Positions 31,433 through 50,076 of a DNA stretch of 64,000 nt are shown one piece after another (position 1 is the first letter of the stretch; each line of letters opens with the position of its first letter). The position numbers were made by a program, and so were the translations under genes. The notes beneath the pieces were generated by a model that saw nothing but the letters and a program-made list of their open reading frames with translations, was not told where the DNA came from and made no database searches. The stretch comes from the human T2T-CHM13v2.0 reference genome, Homo sapiens, in contig CP068257.2 of assembly GCA_009914755.4 (NCBI GenBank), positions 31,680,001 to 31,744,000 on the forward strand, written 5' to 3'.

Positions 31433-31885
31433 TAAGTTTTAAATTTTTGATAAGGTTTTCTGTTTATAATGAGAGTTTCTGGATTTTTAGAAATAGATTC
31501 TGATGTGGAACCTTTTCAAGAATGTTTAAGGTATTTTTAATGCCAGCTCTAATCTCAGGCCTCAGATATGTAAAAGTGGAAGTGAAAACTGGCCAAGAAT
31601 GAAGTATTTCATATGCTAGTGTATATTTTTGGTAATTTCTTAAAAATGTTTCCATTTTGAAAAACAAGGTAGACTTGTATTTGGTTCAGCAACAAAATTA
31701 TTTTGGTATTATCTCTGGTTTCTAATATCTAAATCGTCTTTAAAATGGCATCTGTGATATTATTAAAAATAAATAAATCAGCTAATGAATTAGGCTTGAC
31801 AAAAATGCCTTCCCAGAAGATAGTTTCTCTGCTACTTATGGTCAATGGGCTTAACATAGGTAAAAGTTCTCAAATCTGCTAAATT

Positions 31886-32223
<338 letters not shown>

Positions 32224-32604
32224 TCACTTTCCCTGCAAGCTCTTCTTCCCCTTTCTGGGCAACATGTCCTTTTCTGCTTTAGGCACTCCATGCCCACTTT
32301 ATTTTTCATGTTTGCCCCTTTTTTGAAAGGAAGAATCTAATATCACTTCAGCTTTCTGATTGGCCAGTTCCACTTCCAAAAATTTATTTGTTTATGTAAA
32401 CATTTTCAGTTTTGTGGTTTCTGATGATGTAATAGAAGAAATTACGGAGACAGGCAAGCAGAAGGGATGGTTTGCTTTTGGAGAGGGCAGAGGAAACCTT
32501 GAAACCATACTGATTCTGAGGTCTTTCTTAGGGAAGGTAAGTCTATTCATAGGAGGAGGTCAGAAGGGAATCATCAAATCCAATTCCCCAGTTTCTATTT
32601 AATT

Positions 32605-32828
32605 TTATTTTATTAGAGACAGGGTCTTGCTCGGTTGCTGAGGCTGGAGTGCAGTGATATGATCATAGCCTACTGCAGCCTGCAGCCTTGAACCCCTATG
32701 CTCAAATGACCCTCTCACCTCAGCCTACCCAGTAGCTAGGACTGTGGGCATGTGCCACCATGCCCTGCTTTGCCTTTTTTTTTTTTTATTTCTCATAGAG
32801 ACAGGGTTTGCTATGTTGACCAGGCTCC
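32605..32828 (-). mobile_element. Older Alu (AluJ-like) plus an adjacent Alu 3' fragment.
   Basis: Diverged antisense Alu. Confidence 0.7.
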
Positions 32829-33242
32829 AAACTTTCAATAAGGAAGATAAGATCCAGAAACACAAAATAGTTTACCAAAAGTCACACAGCTATTTTTAAC
32901 AGAGCCAACATACTAAATCCACTTTTACCTTATGGGTCATTTATTTCTCTGCTTCCTGAAGCAACCACCCACAAAATTATATAAAGAACTGTATTTTAAA
33001 ATTCAGTTTCATAAGTAATAACTTGGCTTATATGCATTGAAAAAGAGTGGAAGGGTGTATGCTAAAATGTTAATAGGACATTAGCTCAAGTAGAAGAAAT
33101 AACTCTTAAACCAAAAATAGAAATAACTCTTAAACAAGAGTTATTAAGAGTTAAGAAATAACTCTTATACCAGTAAATAGAAAGTATTTGACACTTACAT
33201 TTATACATTTGCTCACTCATTCATTTGTTTTTTTTACTTTAA

Positions 33243-33500
<258 letters not shown>

Positions 33501-33931
33501 TGATGCAAAATCTAACATCTTTTAAAAAGAACAAAAATTCCCTTAAACCTATATCTTCTTCCTGCTATGGCTCCATTTGTCCTACTTTCCCTGTAGTAGT
33601 GGTTCTCAAAGAGTGATCCTCAAGGCCCTTTCAGGGGGCTGTAAAGACAAAGCTATATTTATGACAAATCTAAGACTTAGTTGCCTTTTTAATTTTTGTT
33701 CTTTCTTGTATTCACAGTGGAGTTTTCCAGAGGAGGCTGTTTGATGTGTGATGTGGTGATATGGTCACTGATTTAACATAGAATTCAATGTGAAATTCAT
33801 CTGCCTTCTTTATTAATCCAAACATTCAAAAGATTTGGAAAAAAAATGTAAAACAGCACCACTCTGAAGTTTCTATGTTCCTTTTGGCAAATGTTTGTTA
33901 CCATAAAATAGGTTTATCATTGTTATTTCTT

Positions 33932-34227
<296 letters not shown>

Positions 34228-34370
34228 ATTGTTATTTCTTAATGGATTAATTAGTTAAAATGGATTGAAAACTTTACCAGTTTTAATGTTTAATATGCTA
34301 ATATAAAAATATACAGCCCACATAAATAATGGCTGTTTGGGATTCTCGATAATTCCTTTAAGAATGTAAA

Positions 34371-34668
34371 GGAGCTGAGTGTAGTGGCCCACACCTGTAA
34401 TTCCAACACTTTGGGAGGCTGAGGTGGGAGGATCACTTGAGGCCAGAAGTTCAAGACCAACCTAGGCAACATAGTGAGACCCCATCTCTACAAAAAATAT
34501 ATAAAAATTAGCCAGGCATGGTGGTGCACACCTGTAGTCCCAGCTATTCAGGAAGCTGAAGAGGGAGGATCACTTGAGCCTGGGAGATCAAGGTTGCAGT
34601 GAGCTGTGTTTGTGCCACTGCACTCCAGCCTGAGCAACAGAGCTAGACCATATCTCAAAAAAAAGTGG
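34371..34668 (+). mobile_element. Alu.
   Basis: Sense consensus. Confidence 0.9.
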
Positions 34669-34795
34669 GGATCCTGAGACCAAAAGGTTTGAGAACCACT
34701 GCCCTGTACCAAGAATGATCTGTACTCCCTTTCTATACTAATCTTCCAATTCCCTGTCAGCCCTCTCCATTCAAATTCTGTTCCTCCTCACTTAA

Positions 34796-35186
<391 letters not shown>

Positions 35187-35200
35187 TCATCCCTCTGTAG

Positions 35201-35692
<492 letters not shown>

Positions 35693-35780
35693 TAATCGAT
35701 GTGAGAGAAAAATTAGGCGAATTAATCCTAAAATTTGACTTTATACTTTTTTAAAGAACCAACTTATATTTGTGTTATAG

Positions 35781-35942
<162 letters not shown>

Positions 35943-36119
35943 TAGATTCAATAAATATATAAACAGATTGTCAATTTTGGCATCTTCCCCATATTGCTGA
36001 AGTTTACATGATAGGTCAATATATGTTAAAAACATTGTAACATTTACATAAGCAAAATAAATGTTACTTGGGATTTTTGTCTCAAATAGTAATGAAAATT
36101 AATTCTACTTAAAAGTTCA

Positions 36120-36488
<369 letters not shown>

Positions 36489-36881
36489 CTATGAGTTCTG
36501 CAAGTGGGAAGAAAAGGTGGGGAAGTAGTTGCTAGTAGACAAGTTATTGTTCAAGAAAGCATACCTTTGTAAGTGGAATGTTAAAATATGAAAGTATCCT
36601 GATACATTTAGTAACATCTTTCCAATAATTAAGGTCAAGGGCAGGAGCTGGGATTTGTTTATTTTAATTGTAAATTTCATATGCTTTTTTTTTTAATCAA
36701 ACATTACGGAAGGGTTTAAAGTGAAGTCGTCTTCTCCCTTCTTATCCCCAATTCCATTCACTAGAGATAAGCATTGCTTAGCAGTTTGTGTATATCCTTT
36801 CACAACTTTTTTCAGGATTTATGTAAGCATATACACAGACCCACAGTTTCTTGGGTTTTGTTTTTTAAAATTACAAAATAA

Positions 36882-37355
<474 letters not shown>

Positions 37356-37491
37356 TAGTATTACATAGTGTGAATACAAACCATATTTAACTATTACCTT
37401 ATAATGATAAAATGCGAGCCTTTATCTTCTTGCCAGTTATCTCACTTGAGTAAAAATGTGTGCTTTTTTTTATCTGTTCTTTGGCTTCTAG

Positions 37492-37606
37492 TTGAAAATG
37501 AACTACCTCCACCAGAAAATATAGAAGTCAGTGTCCAAAATCAGAACTATGTTCTTAAATGGGATTATACATATGCAAACATGACCTTTCAAGTTCAGTG
37601 GCTCCA
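37492..37606 (+). CDS. IFNAR1: IFNAR1 exon 6: [38 protein letters not shown](H).
   Basis: Acceptor ggcttctAG at 37490-37491 and donor GTAAGT at 37607. 115 nt. Confidence 0.95.
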
Positions 37607-38183
37607 GTAAGTTCCATTCCATAAATTTCCTTTTGCCCAGTTTGTTTTGATTATGCTTCTTTTCGCTCTGCATCAGTCACCAGGTCCTTGCACACAGAAT
37701 GACCGACTGGGAGGTGGGTACGATATATTGGAAACGTGAGAAATCTCATTTCTAACCCCAGTTCTGCCAGTAACTAACTGGATGACATTGAGCTAATCGC
37801 TTAACCTCCATGGGCCTCAATTTCTTCACTTGTAAAATAGATGGATTCTAATATCTGGGGTTCTTACTGGCTTAAGAAAAAAAAGAAAGTGTAACTAGTT
37901 GCATGTGTTATTTCCCCAATCTGGAAGACTCGACAGTTGACCCTGATCTTTTTCTAAGAACTCACTTCTTCCATGAGTCCTTAAAATGATCTCAGTCCAC
38001 TCACTTGTTCAATTCAAAAAATTAGCCTTCCTATTTTCTTTATTACTTTAGTGGTTTTGACAAAATTTTGTAGTAGATACTTCGGTGGGAAAGAAAGTTG
38101 GAAAGAACTATGTTCTATGTGGTTGAGCAGAGGCTAGCTAAACATGGATGAAGTCCAGGCGCTGCATAAATGAAAGAGAACTG

Positions 38184-38342
38184 GCCTGGTGCAGTGGCGC
38201 ATGCCTATCGTCCCAGCTACTCAGTGGGCTGAGGCAGGAGGATTACTTGAGGCCAGGAATTGAGGCTGCAGTGTTGTATGATCACACCTGCTAGTAGCCG
38301 CTGCACTGCAGCCTGGGCAACATAGTGAGACCCCCATCTCTA
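38184..38342 (+). mobile_element. Alu monomer-length fragment (FRAM-like).
   Basis: ggcctggtgcagtggcgcatgcctatcgtcccagctactc... Confidence 0.7.
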
Positions 38343-38419
38343 AGCATTAAAATTTTTAAAAAGCTGATAAAAGAGAACTGCATGTAGTTTATATTGATTG
38401 GAAAATTGTAGGAGATGAA

Positions 38420-38610
38420 TAGAGAAAAGAGAAGAGGAAAATTAAGTAGAAGGAAAAATGGGTTATGGGGAGAAAAGAGATGGAAAGAAAGATATACATT
38501 GGTGGCAGAGGAGTAGAGAGAGCAAAGGCAAGTATAGCTAAGACAGGAAAGGAAAAGTCAGAAGAAACTGGAAAGAAACAGAAAAAATGAGGGAGAAGGG
38601 AAGTGTAAGT
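38420..38610. repeat. GA-rich (purine) low-complexity tract in intron 6.
   Basis: gaaaagagaagaggaaaa...ggaaagaaacagaaaaaatgagggagaagggaag. Confidence 0.7.
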
Positions 38611-39366
38611 ACCGCTATGATCAATTTCTATCTTTTAGTGTTAATTTTGAACCAAGGGTGACTGGTAGAATGCAAATGCATTTATGTGCATATGTGCCCC
38701 ACAATGCATATATAACCTCACAAACCAATCAGGAAACTGTTCAGTAGTCTTTTGTGTATACCTCACTTTCAGAAGTGAATAAATAATAGGGTCACCAAAT
38801 AGATAATGAGAGGTATTTCTGATAGCTGATCTCTAAGCTTCTTTTGGGTACTTACCATATTGTACAAAGCACTGAAGAAATGGAAAGAGTCAGCAGAATC
38901 AAACGTGGTTCAAAAATTGAAAGCAGTTAGCCAACATTGCAAAGTGTTGTGTGGTTTAGGACTAAAGAGTGGTATACAAATTATAAGGGTTGCAGAAATT
39001 GAAAATGTAAAGGTGAATAGGGGCTAAAGAGACCAAAGAAGCCATAAGGAAAGAGATAAGGTATGAACAAGGCCTTGATTGTTAATTCAGATTTTTTTTA
39101 AGTAGACAACTATTAGATGTTAGTTTTCTGTGTCTGTAACTAATTACCACAGACTTAGCAACTTAAACAGCTGTTTATTGTCTCAAAGTTTCTGTGAGTC
39201 AGGAGTCCAAGCGTGGCTTAGCTGGCTCTTCTGCTAAGCAGTCAAGGAGTCAGTCATTCATACAAGACTTGGGGGCCGCTCCCAAGCTCACATGTTGTTG
39301 GCAGAATTTATTTCTAGAGCTCATGGTGGCTCACTTCTTAGAGGCCATCAGGAAGGGAGAGTCTGA

Positions 39367-39811
<445 letters not shown>

Positions 39812-40804
39812 TAGATCCTCTTTTAAGGGGTTCATCTGATTAGGTCAGGCCCACCCAGAATAGTCTCTCATTTGATTCAACTGATTTGGGACCTTAATTA
39901 CATCTGTGAAATACCTTCTCTTCTGCCACTTAATGTAACCTAATTATGAGAGGAGGGCCTCCATCGTATTTACAGGTCCTGCCCATGCTCAAGAGGAGGG
40001 GATTATACAGGATGTGTACACCAGGGGGCAGGAATCTTGGGGGCCATCTCAGAATTTTGCCTTCTCCAGTGGGGAGGATGTCCTTCTAGAGTAGCAGAAC
40101 ATTTGGACACCAGGTGGCAATGGGAAGAAAGCTGAATAAGTAGAATGGGACAAGATTAGGGTCAACCTCAGGCTGTCCTGTAGGCTTTTGGGGATTTTGT
40201 GTTGGGGTGATAGTTAACCTGAGCTCTGGATTTGAGGAAGGTGCATGCGGCGACATGGTATGTGGGAGAGTGGACTAAGGAGACACTAAAGAGAGATAAG
40301 GAAACCAGTCAGGAGGCTATTAGAGTTCTGGGCTTGAACTGAGATGCTTTTAGCTGTTGGTTTCTGGGCAAGTTACTTAACCTCTTTAGTCTCGTACTTA
40401 TACTTGCTCTTATAACCCCGCAGTGTGTCTCTATTTTAGCACTTAATCAGTGTCCATTGGTATGCTGGCGCATGTTTAGCAGCTGGCTTTCCAGAAAGAA
40501 AAAGTCCTATTTTGTAGTGTTTGCTGATTTTTATGATATAAATATTCCCACCATGGCCACTTTCAAGCCACCAGCCTGATGTCCCTGAATATGGAGTTGG
40601 GAACATATGCACAGTAGCACACCACTATCATATAGCTACAATAGATAAAGATAGCCCCAAGAGCTTAGAAAATAAAATGTAGTAAAATAATTAGGACAAG
40701 ATGAATTTATTTATTACCTCTGTCTTTAAAACAATTTTTTATTTGCAAATTTATATAACTTAATTTTTAGTAATGGTTTTTCTTTAAAAACCAGTTTGTA
40801 TTTT

Positions 40805-41070
40805 AGGAGGCCGAGGTAGGTGGATCACCTGAGGTCAGGAGTTCAAGACCAGCCTGGCCAACATGACGAAACCCCATCTCTACTAAAAATACAAAAATTA
40901 GGCAGGCCTGGTGGCGTGCACCTGTAATCCCAGCTACTCAGGGGGACAGAGGCAGGAGAATTGCTTGAACCCAGGAGGCAGAGGTTGCAGTGAGCCAAGA
41001 TCCTACCACTCCACTCCAGCCTGGGTGACAGAGCGAGACTCGGTCTCAAAAAAAAAGCCAAAAAAAATAA
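40805..41070 (+). mobile_element. Alu, 5'-truncated.
   Basis: Sense consensus from ..gaggccgaggtaggtggatcacctgagg. Confidence 0.85.
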
Positions 41071-41335
41071 ACCAGCTTGCAGCATTCCTGGAAATTCTAA
41101 CTAACAGATGTTCTTGCATATTGATATGAGCCACCTCCAGCAGAGCACAACATGACCACAGTCTGGAACAGTCTTTGGTTTTCTTTTATGTTAGATGCAT
41201 ATCTCTTCCATTGTTTGTGAGTTTCCTGAGTGTGGATACTATTTATTTCTGTAACCTTAGCCCCTAACATAGTGTCTGGCAATTGTAAATACTTAATAAA
41301 TATCTAATGAATTTAAAAAATATTTGTCTTAAAAG

Positions 41336-41535
41336 CGCCTTTTTAAAAAGGAATCCTGGAAACCATTTGTATAAATGGAAACAAATACCTGACTGTGAAA
41401 ATGTCAAAACTACCCAGTGTGTCTTTCCTCAAAACGTTTTCCAAAAAGGAATTTACCTTCTCCGCGTACAAGCATCTGATGGAAATAACACATCTTTTTG
41501 GTCTGAAGAGATAAAGTTTGATACTGAAATACAAG
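41336..41535 (+). CDS. IFNAR1: IFNAR1 exon 7: (H)[66 protein letters not shown].
   Basis: Acceptor cttaaaAG at 41334-41335 and donor GTAAGG at 41536. 200 nt. Confidence 0.95.
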
Positions 41536-41605
41536 GTAAGGCAGTAGTTTTTACTGGAGATTGTAATTCTCTGGTGCAAGTTTTTAAAATTGTTTTTCTA
41601 ATTGA

Positions 41606-41815
<210 letters not shown>

Positions 41816-41892
41816 TAACTTAGAGTTATAATTATGATTTGGGTAAATAAAGCTTGAATGTAAAATTTGGGGGAAATTTTTAAACTTTATGT

Positions 41893-42179
41893 GGGCTGGA
41901 TGCAGTGGCCTGTAATCCCAGCACTTCAGGAGGCCAAGGCGAGAGGATCACTTGAGCCTAAGGGTTTGAGACCAGCCTGGGCAACATAGGGAGACCCTGT
42001 CTCAATAAAAATTTTAAAAAATTAGCCTGGTGTGGTGGCGTGCACCTATATTCCCAGCTACTTGGGGTGGGAGGGTCACTTGAACCTGGGAGGTCAAGGC
42101 TGCAGTGAGCCATGATCGTGCCACTGCACTCCAGCCTGGGTGACAGAGTGACTGACAGCTTGTCTTTAAAAAAAAAAAA
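41893..42179 (+). mobile_element. Alu (older subfamily).
   Basis: Sense consensus. Confidence 0.85.
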
Positions 42180-43755
42180 TGTGATTAACTCAGATATTAA
42201 CAAAATGAAGATTATGAGCATTTTTCATGTTTTGCACTGTAGAGTTATGGGTGAGCTGCATCTGGGCCCCAGTTTGCTTTTAAAATACAGATTCCTGAGC
42301 CTATTGTTACTGAATCATTATCTCTGGGGATGGAACTCAGGAATTTGCATTTTTAACATGATTCCCATGTATTCATCTAAACCTGGGATTCTCAGCACTA
42401 TTGACGTTTGGGCTGGATAGTTCCTTGGGAGGGGGCTGTCCAGTGCAGTGCAGGATGCTTGGCAACATTCTGGTTTCTGCCTACTAGATGCCAGTAGTGT
42501 TCCTTCCTAGTTGTGACAACCAAAAACATCTTCAGATATTGTCAAATGTCCCCTGGTGGCTCCTCCAAGGGGACAAAAATTGGTTCTTATGGGACAAAAG
42601 AATTTATGTAGTACAGTTGTTTGTTTTCCTCCAAAACCATTGGAAAGCATTCTTCCAAAGTTCAGCTTTGCCCAACAAAATCTTATTCCTTAGTATTTAA
42701 TTTTATGATGGGGGAAGGATTAGGAAAAAATTGCCCAAAAAGTTGTTTAGTTGGGGAGGTAATGAAAAAAGGGTTGACAAACACTGGTCTAAACCCTAAA
42801 ATTCAGATACCACTGACAAAGATAATATATACCGTCAGATAATATACGTGTTTCCCAGATCACTTCCCCCTCGTGGACTTGTAGTCAAGAATCGACCTTT
42901 AAAACTCCTGTCCAGTCAGGCTGGTAAATTCTTTAACTTCACCTCATTTTCTATTGGAAATCTAAGCAAATTCCATTGATTTGGCTGCTTCCCTTTTTAA
43001 TTGTCTGACAACCCTGTAACCATAGCTTAATGTAGCCCATTGAGAATTATGGTCGGTTTTCAGATGTCTGTAGATCAGACAAACCTAAATTTCTATCTCA
43101 CTGCTAAACTGTGTAACCTTACGTACGCAGGGTGCTTTACCTCTTGGAGACTTTGCTTCCTCTTCTCTGAAGTGGTGGTAATCATAACAACTAAATTTTT
43201 CAAAAGGATGTTTATAAGGTTTAAAAGGAAGTAACAAATATGAAAATACCTAGCACATTGCTGGACAAGTAGTAGAGATTCAATAAATTGTAGTTGCCAT
43301 CTTAACCTATACTGGATAATATATCAATAATTGTTACTATAGAAACTCTTATTGAATACTTATATGTAAGGTACTATGCTAAGTATTGTACATGAATTGT
43401 CTCAGTCATTCTTCAAAACAACCCTGCCGGATTATGTGATTGGTTACATTGCTGTTTGGCAAATACTTGGGACGGTGACTTCTTCCCTGCACCACCAGAC
43501 CGTAGATGCTGGAGCCCAAGTAGATGTGCTGAGAACAGAGGCCTTAAGTGTGCTTGCAGGGTTTGGCTTGGCTCTTGCACTGCTCCTATTTGCCAGGAAT
43601 AAAATGTATTCCACATAGTCTCTGGTCCAAGGAGGATTAGAGGCTGCTGGAGCTGACCTAAACCCCATGCACAGCCTCCGTGGGAGCTGCCCAGCCAGTC
43701 TGTAGACTTGTGAGTGAGAAACTACATAATCGTTTTGTGAGCCACTGAACGTTAA

Positions 43756-44232
<477 letters not shown>

Positions 44233-44543
44233 CTTGTTAGACATTATTCTGGCGATAGCTGACTGATACAGATAGCAGCAATAACTGTCCCGATTTTATA
44301 GATCAGGGAATCAGGTAGAGAGAAATTAAATAATGCTTGCAAGACCACACAGCTGTAAGTGATACTCTTAATAAGGCAGTTTGAGGCCAAAACCCCTACT
44401 CTTAACCATTCTGTCACTAATCAGAGGTAATACAATGGCAATTACCCCAGACTTGGCATGTACTTGTAAATCAATTAGAATTCTCTTAGGAATAGATCAT
44501 ATGCTTTTTTGGCAGCAGCATTTTTAACTTTCTGATTTGGTTA

Positions 44544-44882
<339 letters not shown>

Positions 44883-45002
44883 TACATACCAACTACGTGG
44901 GAGAGGCCAATGTTAGACTGAACATAAAAAATTGAGAAAGCACATATTCCCTGATTTCTTGAGGTGACTAAATTTTATCAGTGATTTAATTATATTTTCT
45001 AG

Positions 45003-45185
<183 letters not shown>

Positions 45186-45882
45186 TAGCTAGACATAATA
45201 AAAGTAATTCTATACTGTACATTGAAAATTGTAAAACATTTTCTCTTTACTGCAAAAAATATATAGAAAGAATGTTTTCTTCATGAACTACATGAATCAA
45301 AAGTAGACTTTTTAGAAAATATTTGTAACGCTTAACTCTCAAGTCGGTGTTGTTGGATGCTTTATATTTCATCCAGTATCCCTATAATTAATTTCCTTAA
45401 TGTATTGCTCTTTAACATTTAATAAAACTATTTTAAATTTTTAGAATATAATCCTTAACATAATTATCATGTAGAAATCACTTAGTTCAATTGTGAGTTT
45501 TTTAATGTGGGAATTGGTTTAGTCTCATTTTCTATTTTACAGTTTCTAGTGTTGACCGGTAGAGGCTTAGTCACAGAATATCTATTAAATTTTGCTAGTT
45601 GTATGGTGTAAAAGTGCTGAAGGATACTTGCATGTTTGGCCTGTATGTCAATATTGTATTTCTCCCTGAGGATCTCTTACTTCAGTTCCCACGCCAATCT
45701 TTAAATGTAAATGTCATTGCCTATGGTTGCTGTGGACTCAGTGCTACCAGAAATATTTTTAAGAGTATTATTTAATAGATTTTATATTTCCTTTCATATG
45801 GCTAGTCTTTCACACAGCTGTCAGCACTGTTAAGGCATTTGTATGTCAAAATATATGCTAAATATCACGTATATCTTTTTAG

Positions 45883-46028
45883 GAAATACCTCTAAAATTT
45901 GGCTTATAGTTGGAATTTGTATTGCATTATTTGCTCTCCCGTTTGTCATTTATGCTGCGAAAGTCTTCTTGAGATGCATCAATTATGTCTTCTTTCCATC
46001 ACTTAAACCTTCTTCCAGTATAGATGAG
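45883..46028 (+). CDS. IFNAR1: IFNAR1 exon 10: [49 protein letters not shown]. It contains the transmembrane helix.
   Basis: Acceptor tctttttAG at 45881-45882 and donor GTATGT at 46029. 146 nt. A hydrophobic 21-aa stretch is present. Confidence 0.95.
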
Positions 46029-46283
46029 GTATGTTACTTTTTTTATTTTTTTGTCAACAGCTAGGAAATGAACAGAAAATGTGTTTGATTTCAACAGGAT
46101 ATATGTAGGTTTTCTTGATATCCAGAAAATAATAGAGACTGATTTGGGTATCTTCTTCAAAGCTTTAGTCAATTAACTTTAAAAACAGTAATTTCATGTA
46201 ATAACATAGCATGAGATAGTAATGATTGTCCTTAATTTCATATTTTTCTGGCAATTCCTAGATTCACTGTGGCATTTGTTTTA

Positions 46284-46652
<369 letters not shown>

Positions 46653-47560
46653 TCAATTTGTGATGCGTTTGTCAGAACGTAATTCCATTGTAAGTTAGGA
46701 GCATCTGTATATATCCAGAAGACTAAAATATTCTATCAGCGTAGAAAGTATATTCTATGGATGAAATCATACAAAATGAAATAACTAAAAACATGAGACT
46801 TTTTTTATGACACACATCACAGTTTTTTGTTTGGCACTTCTATGAAGCTAGCATATTAAATGAAAGCACTGAATGGTGAAGGCCTAAACATAGAATCTGT
46901 TCCTGGGAAACCATGTGCTCATCTAGGGTGGGTTTTGTGAATTTGAGCAAGTCACTAAGGGCAGGTAAGCAAGTACCCTTGGCTGTAAACCACCCCATAG
47001 AGGTGTTAGGAGCAAAGGAGTTAAACCATAAGAACCTTACCACTCTAAAAATGCTCCGTAAATATTAACAATTTTACTATTATACCCCTGAGTTTTTAAA
47101 TGTCATTCCTGTGTACTGTAATATTCATAGCTATTATTTAAAATAGACTTAAAAACTAGTTACAATAGCTAATAATTTCTCAATTGTGCTGCTTCTGGAT
47201 ATATATGTGTTGGATACAAACATTTTTATTATTTCAAAAAAAAAAAGTCATGATCCCAGAGTCCGCCCGCTCCTGTCCTTTCCCGTGTTCTTCCCCGCCT
47301 ACCCCGATGGCACAGTGTACCTTTCTTAGGTACTCTTCAAAGACTCACCACAGAAGGTACTAAGATATGAGTGACCTCACTAATGATGCTTTTAAACATT
47401 ATAAGGCAATTAGTATGTTCTTAGGCGACTTTTTAATATGCATGCCAGAAGATAGGTTTTCTCAGTAATGGATGTAAGAAACTAAAGCTATTACAACTAG
47501 AAAAGGAATTTTTATTATTTTAAATAATTGATTTCTACTCTTTCCCTTTTTTTAAATTAG

Positions 47561-47794
47561 TATTTCTCTGAACAGCCATTGAAGAATCTTCTGCTTTCAA
47601 CTTCTGAGGAACAAATCGAAAAATGTTTCATAATTGAAAATATAAGCACAATTGCTACAGTAGAAGAAACTAATCAAACTGATGAAGATCATAAAAAATA
47701 CAGTTCCCAAACTAGCCAAGATTCAGGAAATTATTCTAATGAAGATGAAAGCGAAAGTAAAACAAGTGAAGAACTACAGCAGGACTTTGTATGA
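47561..47794 (+). CDS. IFNAR1: IFNAR1 exon 11 coding part: [77 protein letters not shown]. The 3'UTR continues downstream.
   Basis: Acceptor ttaaatTAG at 47558-47560. The TGA stop ends at 47794, consistent with the six-frame ORF 47579..47794. The exon lengths sum to 1674 nt, which is 557 aa plus stop. Confidence 0.95.
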   Translation, partial: YFSEQPLKNLLLSTSEEQIEKCFIIENISTIATVEETNQTDEDHKKYSSQTSQDSGNYSNEDESESKTSEELQQDFV

Positions 47795-47980
47795 CCAGAA
47801 ATGAACTGTGTCAAGTATAAGGTTTTTCAGCAGGAGTTACACTGGGAGCCTGAGGTCCTCACCTTCCTCTCAGTAACTACAGAGAGGACGTTTCCCTGTT
47901 TAGGGAAAGAAAAAACATCTTCAGATCATAGGTCCTAAAAATACGGGCAAGCTCTTAACTATTTAAAAATGAAATTACAG

Positions 47981-48292
<312 letters not shown>

Positions 48293-49775
48293 CTACATTC
48301 TTTTCCATGTGTAAAATCATGAAAAAGCCTGTCACCGGACTTGCATTGGATGAGATGAGTCAGACCAAAACAGTGGCCACCCGTCTTCCTCCTGTGAGCC
48401 TAAGTGCAGCCGTGCTAGCTGCGCACCGTGGCTAAGGATGACGTCTGTGTTCCTGTCCATCACTGATGCTGCTGGCTACTGCATGTGCCACACCTGTCTG
48501 TTCGCCATTCCTAACATTCTGTTTCATTCTTCCTCGGGAGATATTTCAAACATTTGGTCTTTTCTTTTAACACTGAGGGTAGGCCCTTAGGAAATTTATT
48601 TAGGAAAGTCTGAACACGTTATCACTTGGTTTTCTGGAAAGTAGCTTACCCTAGAAAACAGCTGCAAATGCCAGAAAGATGATCCCTAAAAATGTTGAGG
48701 GACTTCTGTTCATTCATCCCGAGAACATTGGCTTCCACATCACAGTATCTACCCTTACATGGTTTAGGATTAAAGCCAGGCAATCTTTTACTATGCATTA
48801 AGACCTCTGATTCAAAACTTATTAGAACAGTAGCTTCTGCTGGAATTTGCAATCACTGAAGTCATAGAAAATAGGTAACTATCTAATTAGAGAAATAATT
48901 GTTGTATTTTAAGATCTGAGAGTGTGTACAAGTTTTAGTATACATGCCATGCCAGAAGATAGTGTATGCAAGAAGTCTTGGGACCAGAAAATGGCAATGA
49001 TAGGAGACTGACATAGAAGAAGAATGCTTCCCTAGGAAAAAGGTCGCTGGCTTTGGTGCAAGAGGAAGAAGAATGTTCCACTGGAAGCCTGAGCACCTAA
49101 TCAGCTCTCAGTGATCAACCCACTCTTGTTATGGGTGGTCTCTGTCACTTTGAATGCCAGGCTGGCTTCTCGTCTAGCAGTATTCAGATACCCCTTCTGC
49201 TCAGCCTGCTTGGCGTTAAAATACAAATCATTGAACTGAGGGGGAAAAATGTAACTAGGAAGAAAAACCCAATTTAAGAAATTACATAATGCTTTCCAAA
49301 GGCACCTACAACTTAGTTTTAAATTACTTGCTACTGGGGATTACCCATGGATATCCTTAATAGGCAGGAAGTCTGGGAATTCTGGTGGCCTCTAGGGCAG
49401 TGTTCTCACAGCACCGTTCCGACAGGGACCAGTGAAAGAAAAGAGACAAAGTTAGAACGTGCTGGGGAGCGGCCATTTCTAAGGCCAGTCTGGTTTAAGT
49501 AGTCATTTCTGCTGAAAAAACAGATGATCCTGGTGGAAGAAAAGGTTGAAGGCAGCTGCCCTCGGGAGGGCTGTGATGCTCGGCACATCCTGCCTGGCAC
49601 ATACACGTGTCTGCAGGCCACACCGTGCATGTCCCCAGACCTGCCGCCTGGCTTCTGGAGTGCTTCAAGCAGAGCATGGTGGGTCATTGAGGAGACCCAG
49701 GAATCTCATCTGAGAACCCACTCTCTGCCGGAGAACCCCATGGTGACACATTTTCATCTTTCTGACCAGAGGCTG

Positions 49776-50076
49776 TTTTTTTTTTTTTTTGAGACAGTCT
49801 CATTCTGTTGCCCAGGCTGGAGTGCAGTGGCTTGATCTCGGCTCACTGCAACCTCGCCTCCCGGGTTCAAGCAATTCTCTGCCGCAGCCTCCAGAGTAGC
49901 TGGGATAACAGGTGCCCACCACCACACCCCACTAATTTTTGTATTTGTATTTTTAGTAGAGATGGGGTTTCACCATGTTGGTCAGGCTGGTCTTGGACTC
50001 CTGACCTCATGCTCCACCCGCTTCGGCCTCCCAAAGTTCTGGGATTACAGGTGTGAGCCACCGTGCACGGCCGGCC
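49776..50076 (-). mobile_element. Alu within the putative IFNAR1 3'UTR, antisense to the gene.
   Basis: Antisense consensus. Confidence 0.9.

Noticed and set aside
47225-47300. A short GC- and CpG-rich patch (gtccgcccgctcctgtcctttcccgtgttcttccccgcctaccccgatgg) after an A10 run in AT-rich intron 10.
   Set aside because: It is too short and anonymous to call. It could be a fragment of a small retroposed RNA or tRNA-derived SINE, but I cannot match it to any family. No cloverleaf or box A/B is seen.
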